From Eledone cirrhosa (Eukaryota), in contig OZ024740.1 of NCBI GenBank assembly GCA_964016885.1, positions 261,702,001-261,766,000 on the forward strand: a stretch of 64,000 nt of DNA, in the 5' to 3' direction. The notes under the pieces are model-generated. The model did no database searches, had not been told where the DNA came from, and saw only the letters and a list, made by a program, of their open reading frames with translations. Below, one piece after another: positions 44,101 through 55,899 of the stretch (positions are counted from its first letter, which is position 1; each line of letters begins with the position of its first letter). The translations under genes were made by a program, and so were the position numbers.

Positions 44101-45190
44101 TACACGACATCCACCACAAACCGTGCCAGAAAGAACAGAGGACACCACACCCGAGGCACTAACACTTGCTTCCTGAAGCTCCCACAACAGCCATCCGCAG
44201 AGCCATCAGACGAGAGGGACTGGATATCCAACTGGCCCACTCGGGTCCTTCTCTGCGCGGAAGGCTGGCCAAGAGACACTCCACCAGACATGACAACTGC
44301 TGCAGACTAGCCAACTGCCCCATCAACGACACAGACCTATGCCACCAGGCTTACGTCGTATACAGACTAGAGTGTGACAAATGCAACAACTTCTACGTAG
44401 GTAGCACCACCAGATCATTCCACATAAGAATAAAAGAACACCTCAATACTAACGCTTCCTCATTTAAGAAACACCTAGTTAAATGCAAAAACACCGACAA
44501 AACCATAACAGTTAGGATAGAAACTAAGGAAAGAAACCTCGGCAATCTTAGAATTAAGGAAGCACTAATTATAGATAAAACACAACCACCAATCAATAAT
44601 AGACTAGAACTCAACACCCAATTTATAACCTGATAGGGCCTCTAGCCCCATATTTACACCCCCCACCCACACACACACACACGCACGCGCACACACACAC
44701 GCTTACACCTCCACTTATTCTCTCTCACACATACACACACAAAACCAGTTCTAACACCAGATAACACCTACCCCCCACATTTACGAATAGACTTATCTTC
44801 TCACACTCACACACACACACTCCATACTTACACCTTCATGCATTCTCCCACACACTTATACAGGCATGTATATAAAATAAAAAAATAAAAAACCCTATAC
44901 AAACCACTTTTGAAGGGAGACTACTCTTTATCCACCTAATTTTAACTCTTTGATATTAGAGATAGAACAGATACTCTATACTATTCCCTGTCAGCATGGC
45001 TTGGCTAGATATTTAGAACGCTGGTTTGAGACCTTTCATTCCCTCCGAAGAAGAGATATTATCTCGAAAATTAAGGACATTTAAATAAATTTAAGGTAAA
45101 GGACGAATTGTCAACAATATCTTTTACAATTGCATTCTTTTTTCTATGTCCATGCCTGCATTGTTTTGGCTTTATTACACATATTCAAAC

Positions 45191-45197
<7 letters not shown>
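41152..45197 (+). mobile_element. Near-intact Penelope-like retroelement with direct pLTRs and an upstream inverted 3' segment
   Basis: pLTR 41859-42056 matches 44999-45197; 41152-41850 is the reverse complement of about 44351-45045. Confidence 0.95.
41968..44633 (+). pseudogene. PLE RT-GIY-YIG ORF with one frameshift/deletion near 44180
   Basis: LSLGPKF, PSDKG, IKTHK, RPIVS, SLDVVSLYT, GLPMGS, RYVDD, LLDF. A second frame gives VVYRLEC..FYVGST..RIKEH..E..I..P..IN. First ATG at 42070. Confidence 0.93.
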
Positions 45198-45236
<39 letters not shown>

Positions 45237-45290
45237 AATTACAAAATATGAGGAAATAATATACAAAAATATACCTATTTTTTCTTCAAA

Positions 45291-45381
45291 GTCCCGACTG
45301 CACTTTCGCGGATCTGTGTGCAACGACTTGCACTATAGAAATGCGTCATCGCTGTGAGATTGATACGGCTTATCAAGAGAC
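45291..45381 (-). ncRNA. Hammerhead with U3-A8 core (TTGATAA) and long stem II
   Basis: Minus strand: gtctc TTGATAA GCCGTATC...GATCCGC GAAA GTGCAG TC gggac. Confidence 0.7.
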
Positions 45382-45827
45382 CACTAAAAAAAGGATTGTT
45401 TCCTGACGCGTTCGTAGGACTGTTTCTTTTGTAGCAAGTGAGAACTTTTCGAGAGAGAAATTAACACATGATACAGTGGTCACAGAAGTAAGGTGGGTGA
45501 TGAGTGAATAACGTATTTGCTAGAAAAATCAGTTAGTACACTCCAGGGTTAACTCGACCATTGGGGAGTTTGGGACAATATAATAATTAAATACACACAC
45601 ATATTCATATGTATATGTGTGTGTGTGGTGTATGCCTTAACAAGATTTGCTCGATATATATATATACACAGAGGTATCCACTGTAAGTTGTGGGGTCTAT
45701 TCTGTATGAAGAACTCAATGTAATCAATATGTTGAAAATGTTGTAGGTTAAGATAAATCTCAGAAAACAATAAAACATTAAAAGGAAAACAGAGTCATGA
45801 TATAAGTTAAAACAATGAAATAAAAAA

Positions 45828-46133
45828 TCAAGTCATTAGAAATATACTTCACTGCTTTACGATCGTTTCTAGATGGTGATAATACGTTGTATCTATACTC
45901 AGTTATTGATCTATGTAAGTTTATAAACTATCAGATAGAGAGAATATTTACTTACATGCATATCACCAGCTGTTTTCAAAAGCTTTTGAAAACAGCTGGT
46001 GATATGCATGTAAGTAAATATTCTCTCTATCTGATAGTTTATAAACTTACATAGATCAATAACTGAGTATAGATACAATGTATTATCACCATCTAGAAAC
46101 TATCGTAAAGCAGTGAAGTATATCTCTAATTAC

Positions 46134-46137
<4 letters not shown>
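45828..46137. repeat. About 155-bp-arm palindrome with no spacer
   Basis: Axis 45982/45983 in caaaag|cttttg, followed by gaaaacagctgg; a few arm mismatches. Confidence 0.9.
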
Positions 46138-46214
<77 letters not shown>

Positions 46215-46294
46215 AATAATAATAAACGTGAAGACTAAAAGCCGAAGAGGGCTCGATAAGGATAATATATATATATCAAATATATAAAAACCAT

Positions 46295-46620
46295 AGACTG
46301 CTCTCTATCCAGGAAATGCCTCTCCAGTAATATTGTCTACAAATGTAAGGTCGACACACTTACGTCTAGTGGGGCCTACATAGGGTTATCCGCCAATAGA
46401 TTCAAGCAGCGTCTTTACATGCACATCCATTCTTTTCTTAACCCATTAAGAAGGAACATGACGTCATGTTCAGCTTATATCTGGAGTCTAAAAGACAACC
46501 ACACCCAATATAGGTGGCACTGGGAGATCCTAGCTAAACCTAGATCGTATAACGGAAATAAAAGACCACAGGATCTTTGCGCCGCTGAAGTCCTGGAAAT
46601 ACACGACGCCAATTTACGTC
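46295..46620 (+). mobile_element. PLE GIY-YIG endonuclease fragment
   Basis: CLSSNIVYKC..YIGLSANRFKQRLYMH..YIWSLK..W.IL. Confidence 0.75.
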
Positions 46621-46748
46621 TTTATGTGGAAGCTAAGTATATTTTATGTTTATACCATTACTTATTTGTATTGGTAAGTATATCTTACCCGTATGTTTGT
46701 GGAGGTACGTATACTTTTTCCTACGTATATATACTTGTATATGTTATA

Positions 46749-46940
46749 GGTGTGTTGGATTGGAAGTATCGGTAGAGGGTCGGACGCCATGCTTTGACGC
46801 ATAGAGTTACGGCCCTTGCCATTCTGAGTTCAAATACCGCCGAGCTTAACTTTGCCTTTCATCCTTACAGGGTCGATAAAATAAAGTACCAGTAATACAC
46901 TGGGTAATTGCTGTTCCTTGTGCCAAAATCAGAAACAATT
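46749..46940 (+). mobile_element. Nin/Deu-like SINE
   Basis: Match to 14629-14822. Confidence 0.85.
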
Positions 46941-47051
46941 ATATATACGTGTATGTGTGTATATGGTTATGTGTATATGTGTATGCGTGTATATAAGTAT
47001 TTATGTATATTTATGTATATATATAGGTGTATGTATGTATATATATGTATG

Positions 47052-47124
<73 letters not shown>

Positions 47125-47197
47125 TTAATGGTAGCTATGATGCTTCCATAGGCGGTATGCCAGTTGAGCACTCTATGTTCTTACAGAGTGTGATATA

Positions 47198-47377
47198 ATA
47201 TAAAACGAAAAATCTGTGATGCATCTGGACTCAGTTTATTGTGTGTTACAATTGTTTCCGAAGAACCTGGAGATCTAGAATCAGACATATCCATAAAATG
47301 ATCAAGTCTCGAGCTATCTGCCGGCGAAACAAGTGTAACACACAATAAACTGAGTCCAGATGCATCACTGATTTTTC

Positions 47378-47386
<9 letters not shown>
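47198..47386. repeat. Inverted repeat enclosing a hammerhead core (CCGAAGA...GAAA CAAGTG TA)
   Basis: Left arm ends at tttc immediately before CCGAAGA 47258; GAAA 47326. Confidence 0.75.
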
Positions 47387-47447
<61 letters not shown>

Positions 47448-47712
47448 AAAATGAGGTAAATATCTCACTGAGTACTAAGTATCCATAGAGATATATAGGG
47501 TGTCTATAATATAATTGTTCTTCTATGGTACTAATTTGAGATACCAGAACTATAACAATTGATGAGCAGACAAACAAACATTAAACAATCCTTTAAATAA
47601 ATTAAAAAATGATTTAAATATCTACCTGTTCATAATGCTATTACCGGCGGTTTCCATCTACAAAAGATTGGAATTGCGCGCCGTGGGACGTATGTCCTAT
47701 AGAAAGGAAATA

Positions 47713-47791
47713 GCTATCTGATGAAATCTACTTTCCGTTGGAAATTCTCTGAATTTCCAATCTTTTGTGGATGGAAACCGCCGGTAATAGC
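47713..47791 (+). ncRNA. Hammerhead ribozyme, extended stem II (copy 1)
   Basis: gctat CTGATGA AATCTAC..TTGGAAATTC-tct-GAATTTCCAA..GTGGATG GAAA CCGCCGG TA atagc. Confidence 0.85.
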
Positions 47792-48190
47792 ATTATGAAC
47801 AGGTAGATATTTAAATCATTTTTTAATTTATTTAAAGGATTGTTTAATGTTTGTTTGTTCTGCTCATCAATTTTAATAGTTCTGGTATCTCGAATTAGTA
47901 CCATAGAACAACAATTATATTATAGACACCCTATATATCTCTATGGATACTTAGTACTCAGTGAGATATTTACCTCATTTTTATATATTCTCCAATCTAT
48001 GTAGAGAAAAAATTCGTTGTTGCTTACTGCTATTTTTTTAGCAGCCAAGCCATCAACAAGTCTGTAATATTCCCGCTTTCACTAGCGGCCGGGTCACGTG
48101 TGGGTCACTTTAACGGCCATAACTCATACGAGCTGCTAGTTGGCATTATATTTGCGGACCATGGGCCGTATGTCCTATAGAAAGGAAATA

Positions 48191-48269
48191 GCTATCTGAT
48201 GAAATCTACTTTCCGTTGGAAATTCTCTGAATTTCCAATCTTTTGTAAATGGAAACCGCCGGTAATAGC
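48191..48269 (+). ncRNA. Hammerhead ribozyme (tandem copy 2, period 478 bp)
   Basis: Near-identical to 47713-47791; CTGATGA at 48196. Confidence 0.85.
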
Positions 48270-48350
48270 ATTATGAACAGGTAGATATTTAAATCATTTT
48301 TTAATTTATTTAAAGGATTGTTTAATGTTTGTTTGTTCTGCTCATCAATT

Positions 48351-48419
<69 letters not shown>

Positions 48420-48423
<4 letters not shown>

Positions 48424-49142
48424 AAGTGAGTCCTCATCAGTGACCCTCCAACCGTCCTCGGCATTTCATCGCTTTAAGGGCCATATGCCTCAGGTTGGTG
48501 CGAACAACGGCTAAAAAAAGTCGTTGGGACACGTAAATAAGGGGGGGGGGGACATTAGAGTAACAACAAAAGGGTTATAGCAACGGAAAGTGAGTAGAAA
48601 TAGACAAGTCCCAGATCTCTATGAATATAAACTCTGTGAAATCGTGAACAAGAGACGAAAGACCATCGAACCTGGTAGAAATGTGAGCAAGGAAAGAATT
48701 TCGCCCAAGTTCGACAGGGGGGAAAAAGGAGAGAGAGAGAGAGAGAGAACGAAAACTGGTCTACGAATTCGGTAAACGCAAGTTTTGTGAAGTCGCAGAC
48801 GAAAGAGAGAGAGAAAAAAAATTATTACCAGCTCGGTCAAGACTGCGCGAGAAAAGAATTACACACAGGTCAAACTTGAAGGAGGAGGAGGAAAGAGGAG
48901 GAGGAGAGGTAGTGACAGAGAATGAGTGAGTGAAAGTTGAGGAGAGGGTAACAGAGAGGAAACTGCTAAAAGTGGTAGAGATACAAGGAACGAAACAGAC
49001 AGGCAGCATGGAAAGTATATGTGTAAATATGGTGATAATGGAGCTGCGGCGTTGCAAATGGGATACATATGAAAAAGTGAGTCCTCATCAGTGACCCTCC
49101 AACAGTCCTCGGCATTTCATCGCTTTAAGGGCCATATGCCTC
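48420..49142. repeat. Partial tandem (about 651-bp unit) of the 13660 family
   Basis: 72-bp direct repeat at 48420 and 49071. Confidence 0.75.
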
Positions 49143-49143
49143 T

Positions 49144-51085
49144 ATATTGTTATACTTGGGGAGGGTCATATTTGTGTAATATTGCCAGAATTAATAACAG
49201 AACACACTCACTGTTTGGTTCGTTTTCGCTTCTCGCTGTCTTTTATATCTGCGATCTAACTTAATCGGTCCTCAATGTTGCCATTGACTGACCGACGGTT
49301 AAAAATAATACAGATACAATATAGACACAAACACATATATATAATTTACATGTACTCTCGTTATGTAGACAATATCAACATAGTCATAAGAACACCCCCA
49401 CTATTGAGAGCACTAACAAGTTTGATTTAGAACGTAGCACGATGGAAAGCATCCAGCAGATAGTTAATTCCATACACCAGAGTATAACTGTAACTATCGA
49501 CTTCCCTTCCAAACACCCTAACAATAGACTACCTGTATTAGACACAGAACTCTGGATTAACACTATAGACGAGAGAGCCCAAATTCTCCACTCACACTAT
49601 GCTAAACCCATGGCCTCCAAATACCTGATACTCAAAAACTCAGCAATGTCCAGTAGTGCTAAGTTTAATATTCTGATCGCAGATTTGGTACGAGTGATGA
49701 AGAATGTGTCCAGCATGTGCGACCCAACAGAAATGGAAAGACACATCCAACACTTCATCAACCGCATGCAGTTCTCTGGCTACAACCAAAGAGACAGAGT
49801 CAGAGTATACGAAGGAGCCATGGAAAAGTATAAGACCCTCATAGAACTGGACATGAAAGGAATTTGCCCATTATACAGGAGCAAATCATGGAATAGCTTA
49901 GATAGGGCTAGACATAAGATAGGGAAGGCCACATCATGGTACGACAACCAGAGATATCAGAGTGTCATGTTTGTGGAGGCCACTCCTGGAGGGAAATTAG
50001 CTAACCAGTGTAGAAAGGCCCTGAGAAAGACCCACTTAAAAATAAAGGTGGTAGAAAAGCCAGGAACAACAATAAAATCCCTGATCAGCAAAACCTACCC
50101 CTTTAAGAAAACCCACTGTACCAATAGGAAATGTATCATATGTAAGGTGAACCCCCGGATAAACTGTAAAACTAGAAACGTAGTCTATAGCATAAGATGT
50201 ACAGAGGGTACTTGCAGAAACATGACAACAACATACATAGGTGAGACAGCTCGTAGCATAGGTGAAAGGATAGACCAACACTGGGGGGAACTAAAAGGAC
50301 GAAAAAACGGGTCAGTACTATACGAACATGCTAGACAACAACATGACGGTAACATAGACAACATAGAAATTAGAATAATATCTAAACATAGGAATGACCC
50401 AGCAGATAGGCAAATCAGAGAGGCCAGTGAAATAGAAATTAGAAGACCAAAGCTAAACAGAAAGAATGAGTGGAACAACAACAACACCCAAACAAACAAC
50501 ACTGACCTAAGAGAAGTATAAATAAGTAAATAAAATAAATTAAAATAAGATAAATAAATACATACACAAGCACAATAACAACAAGCACATAAACACACAC
50601 TAGTCACCCAGCAGACACAACACTATACACACTAGTCACACAGCAAACATAACACTATACACACACGCAAACGCATGCGCAAAGAAGACAAAATAAAATA
50701 AACAAACAAGCAAATAAATAAATAAATATATAGACAGACTGAATAAAAAGTGGCGTAGACATACAACACAACAGGAGGAAAAAATATAACACCACTGACG
50801 ATGTTGCAGATGTGCAACGAAAGATTTATGTAAATTATGTAAACTATATATATGTGTTTGTGTCTATATTGTATCTGTATTATTTTTGACCGTCGGTCAG
50901 TCAATGGCAACATTGAGGACCGATTAAGTTAGATCGCAGATATAAAAGACAGCGAGAAGCGAAAACCAACCAAACAGTGAGTATGTTCTGTTATTAATTC
51001 TGGCAATATTACACAAATATGACCCTCCCCAAGTATAACAATATTTGTTTCGACACACGATTTCATATAAAAAACCTCGCTAAAC
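49144..51085 (+). mobile_element. 5'-truncated Penelope-like element with inverted pLTR at its 5' end
   Basis: RYVDN, LPVLD, HYAKPM, SGY, C..C..C, NVVYSIRC..YIGETAR..R..H, R.IREA..I..P.LN. 49144-49345 is the reverse complement of about 50845-51043. Confidence 0.9.
50790..50832 (+). ncRNA. Hammerhead core in PLE pLTR (weak stem I)
   Basis: CTGACGA T GTTGCA gatg TGCAAC GAAA GATT TA. Confidence 0.65.
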
Positions 51086-51120
<35 letters not shown>

Positions 51121-51456
51121 ATTTATATATATATATATATATGTATGTAAAATGTAAACAGAAATAACAACACTATCGGTACAGTATATGGAAGGGATAT
51201 ATAAGGTTAACGCTTGATATAGCAGGAAGAGGGTCTTAACGTTTCGGACGTTTGTATTTGTTTATATACACATATATGTATATATGTCTATGTATATATA
51301 TGTGTATGCATGAGTGCGTATGTGTGTTTGCACGTATGTATGTTGTGTATATAGGGTTTTGGTATATGTACGTTTGTTGTACGTATGTGTGTAGGTGTGT
51401 GTGTATATTTTATATGTATATATAATTATATGTATACACACACACACAGACACACA

Positions 51457-51497
<41 letters not shown>

Positions 51498-51844
51498 TTC
51501 TTTGGTGTATACGTTCGTATGTGTGCGGGTATATGTGTCGTGTCTGGTTTACGTACGTGTGCGCGTGTTTATGTGTATGTGCTTGTATATGTACGTACGG
51601 CGTGCGTTTTCGCGTATGAACGTGTATGTACGTATATAGACGTGTGTCATTTTCGTTCAACAAATTTATTCTTATCTCCGAAGCTAAGAATCATTCGGTT
51701 TCCTAAATAGAATATTAGTCTAATGTAGTCTAATGACTCCATTTATACCATAAATGTGGTTTTGTCTTTGTGTGAAATCGTTCTCAGAGCTCCACACATT
51801 GATTTTTTTTTGTTTCAGAAGACCCCGTTAACTTTATTCTGTTA

Positions 51845-51914
<70 letters not shown>

Positions 51915-52441
51915 GATATATATATATACATACACGGAGTAAGACCACATACAGAACAAATGGTAATTAAATTGCTAACTGAAAGAGTACAATTATGTGG
52001 TAAAAAATATAAACTAGATCTTTCAAACTGCTCTCCACACCAGGTTTCATACCATTAGTGGCGTGCATTACCCTAGGCGCTGTAGAACTCTTACCAATAA
52101 ACAAACTGTGAAGTTCTATTGTCGTTGTAACTCTGACAACTACACAAGTATAATTAATTACGCAACACATTATATAATAGGAATATTAATTAGCAATTAA
52201 TTAAAAGACAAGGTTAAACAAAATAATGATAAATTACACATTTCGCTCATAATATAACACTTATTGAAATATAACGACAATTTTATTTAAGAACAAATAT
52301 ATATAAAGTCTGACAAACATAGCAGTAAGTGTGATATACAGATTACCCGATATTCTAAATGTGGTAAGAAACTCCCAGGAGAATTGGGCAGCAGAAAGTC
52401 TTCAGAGAAGAAACTCCCCTCAAGCGAGCGTTTCGGACCTT

Positions 52442-52482
52442 AATTCTGACGATGGCCAGTTAAGCCCGAAATGCATAGACGG
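52442..52482 (+). ncRNA. Hammerhead core (weak stem I)
   Basis: CTGACGA TGGC cagttaa GCCC GAAA TGCA TA. Confidence 0.55.
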
Positions 52483-52555
52483 TTGTCCCCTTTGCTTATA
52501 TATATATATATATAAGCAAATTGAAAATTGCAAACTCGACTGTCACCACATATCA

Positions 52556-52594
52556 TGAACCTGAAGATTGCGAAAGCATGAAAGTACTTGTTCA
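52556..52594 (+). ncRNA. Minimal type-I hammerhead ribozyme
   Basis: tgaac CTGAAGA TTGC-gaaa-GCAT GAAA GTAC TT gttca. Confidence 0.82.
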
Positions 52595-52708
52595 ATTAAC
52601 ACTTAGAATTTAATATTCTATCATACTATTTCATTATAATACCATTATATATATTTTAAAGGATTGTAAATAAAACGAGTAAATCAGACAAAGTTGGAAT
52701 TCCTCTTA

Positions 52709-52744
<36 letters not shown>

Positions 52745-52849
52745 AACAAGTATGGGGTCATATTTGTTCCTATTACGCACTCTACTACCCTAAGTATTGA
52801 GTACTTTGGTGCGTTATGGTCCATCTGGTTCCTTACCACAATTCCTTCG

Positions 52850-52904
<55 letters not shown>

Positions 52905-52940
52905 CATAAGTCAATTGCATGAATTCATAATCCTTTATTT

Positions 52941-52996
52941 ACTGCTATATATATTTCGATGATAGCCATTGAATGGCTATGACCTCATCAGGCAGT
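52941..52996 (-). ncRNA. Minimal type-I hammerhead ribozyme (family of 12758)
   Basis: Minus strand: actgc CTGATGA GGTCATAGCCATT-c-AATGGCTATCATC GAAA TATATA TA gcagt. Confidence 0.85.
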
Positions 52997-53090
52997 TAGT
53001 CAGTTCTTAGATATGCCAGCACTGTGTTTATAGTGTTGATGGTATCAGAGCCTTGGGATATATATATTGGCATATATATATATATATATA

Positions 53091-54354
53091 CAAGGTGCGG
53101 ACGGTTTTTGAGAGTATAGATATATGGTTGAAAAAACCCCCACTTATATAATAACAGAAATAAACTGTATTCTTATAAAAATAACATAAACATAAAGCTA
53201 AATTATTAATTTAATCATTTCATTCAATAAACCCACCATTAAGCACCAATAACTGCCTCTACACTGGGTCGAAATCGTTTACAAGCTCGGATTAAGTGGT
53301 ACTTGTTCATATCGGACATGACTCGAATTATGGCGGCTTTCAAAGAATATTTGGTGCTATGAGGGTGTTCATTGACATTTTTCTCAACAGTGCTCCATAC
53401 ATAGTAATCCAGTGGATTGAGATCTGGAGAATTAAGAGATCAAACATTGGTGGTGATGTGATCATGAAAATTGTCAGCCATCCATTCTTGTGTCATTTGA
53501 GCCTTGTGTGATGGTGCATAATCTTGTTGAAAGACACAAGGCCTTCCATTGCATACATTGTTGATCCAAGGCTTAACAACTTTATCCAGAACCTCAATAT
53601 ATGCAGCAGCATTCGCCCTAAGGCCTTGTGGAAAAAAGTGAGGAGGCATCACATGTCCTTCATTGCTAACAACACCCAAAACCACACACTTGCAGGAAAT
53701 GTTGTGTGCATTACTCTTGGAACCTCAGAAGGGTCTGCACATAGCCACCTGTCATTTCTTCTGTTAGTTTTGTGGTCCTGGTTAAAGTTTTTCTCATCTG
53801 AGAAATACCAAATCACACCATCTGCTGATGGATTTTTAAGTTTGTTTAAAAGTCTTTTGGATCTGATTAAACGGTTTTCTTTTGTTTTTTTCTGATATGA
53901 ATTGACCTCTTCTCATCACGTAAGATTTGTATCTGATGTCTTCATACACAACATTTCTGATTGTTCTTTTCTGACATTTTTTGCATTTGACCTCATTGAT
54001 TTTCCTGGATTGTCATCAATGTTTTGCTTAACTTCCTGAATAAATTCAGGTGTCCTGATAGAATCAGAGCGTTTGGAATGTTTTTTTTAACGTTTTGATA
54101 CACGTAATACGCTTCCATCTTCTTTCTCTAACTCACACCGAATCTTGTGGGCAAAAGATCTTGCAACGTTCAGAAAACGAGAAATTTCTAAATCCCCATG
54201 CTTAGCCTTCAAAGCCACAATCACAGCATGCCTTTTCATTTCATTAGTAAGCATAGTTATTTTCATTCTTCTTTTCTGAAATAGAAATTCAAAAAAAATT
54301 AGTCAAATAAAATAATGACTAAAAATGCATGTGTCCTCAAATAGCGTCCACACC

Positions 54355-54357
<3 letters not shown>
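53091..54357 (-). mobile_element. Tc1/mariner DNA transposon, DD37D (maT-type), degraded
   Basis: FSDEK, FQQD.APSH, SPDLNPLDY with 37 residues between D2 and D3; degenerate TIRs caaggtgcggacg / cgtccacaccctg; TA flanks. Confidence 0.88.
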
Positions 54358-54451
<94 letters not shown>

Positions 54452-55899
54452 TGTATGTATCTATGTATGTATAAATATATATGTATGTATATATATATAC
54501 ATTTTAAAATCTTGTATTTATTGAACAAAAGTTATACAGTGATGGAAATATTAAAAAAGGATAAAAATAATATTAAGTAATGAACAAAAAAGGGAAAGTG
54601 GTGAAGAAGGACAGATCTGACTGTATAGGAAAGGAAAGGAAAGGACTTTGCCATACATGAGAGGAAAGGGAGGGAAAGAACAAGGACTATTAGGCAAGGG
54701 AAGAAAGAAATGAGAAAGGGGAGAGGGTGACAGACTCTACTTGTTCTGAATTATGAAAACATTGAAAACTCAAATTTCAATAAATTTCTTTGTTTCTTGA
54801 ACTGGTTTCTACGTTTGAGCTTCTATTTTCTGTGATCTCACCCTCTTCATTTTGCCTCATCTCCGTCATCGTCATAATTCTTTTATTCCTGAAACCCCCA
54901 CTGGTGCAACCCGTAACTACTAGTAAAGTCTAAGGGGCTTTGTCCTGACTTGGCCCATATCCATTTCAGGTCTGAACACAGCCGATTTCTTCAAGAGAAG
55001 GAGATAAAAAAAGAAAGAACAAGACAGAAAAACATTTTTATCTGACGGTTAACGATTCTGCCAGGTCACCGTCTATCGTGCTCTGATACAAAGCGGTTTA
55101 ATTTAAAGTGCTTATACCTTCCTGTAAGTGATGTTTCAACAATTTTATGCAAGAGCGTTTGTTAAGCGATGTTTCAAAACTAGTTATTTTACAACATCCA
55201 TCTATATTCGTAATTATTAAAAAATTATTTATAAATTATAGGCAGTCATTTTAATTAGAAGTGTGGTCATGGAAATGTCAAGGGTGGAATATTCCCAGGA
55301 CATTCTATCCAATCGACATCAATTATTCATCATCATGGACAATTTCCATACACGTCTACGGTTTCATATTGTCGAATGATAGTTTCTCGAGATATATTTT
55401 GGAAATTTTCACCGTGTGTTTTTCGGTGTTCCTTTGGGTAGTTATGATTGTCTGTGGATGGAAATATGACCTCAACATTATAGTCAATTTATGAGCTTTT
55501 AAGTAGAGGTTTTGTTTTTTCAAAATGTTTAATCAAAAATCATATATAAGTCGTTTTATAAACACATTACTGTCGTGGCATTAACACGATTTCGACCACT
55601 TCTTACCATGTATTAAAATAAATTCAAATTGGATGTACACACCACATATTTTTTAAACATTCAAGAATAAATATATTTTAATTAAACAACAAAGTTAATA
55701 ATTTTACAATTACAATAAATTTTGCAAATTACCAAAAATATTCAGCTTTGAATGAATAATGTTATTTTACATTACATAAGAGTATTAACATTTTCTTGTT
55801 AAATTACAAATTGGTTAAGAACTTTTATGATGAATTCAGAACTAACTAATACAAGTACTCACGCAAATAATGACCCCCCCTCCCCCCAAAAAAGTGACA

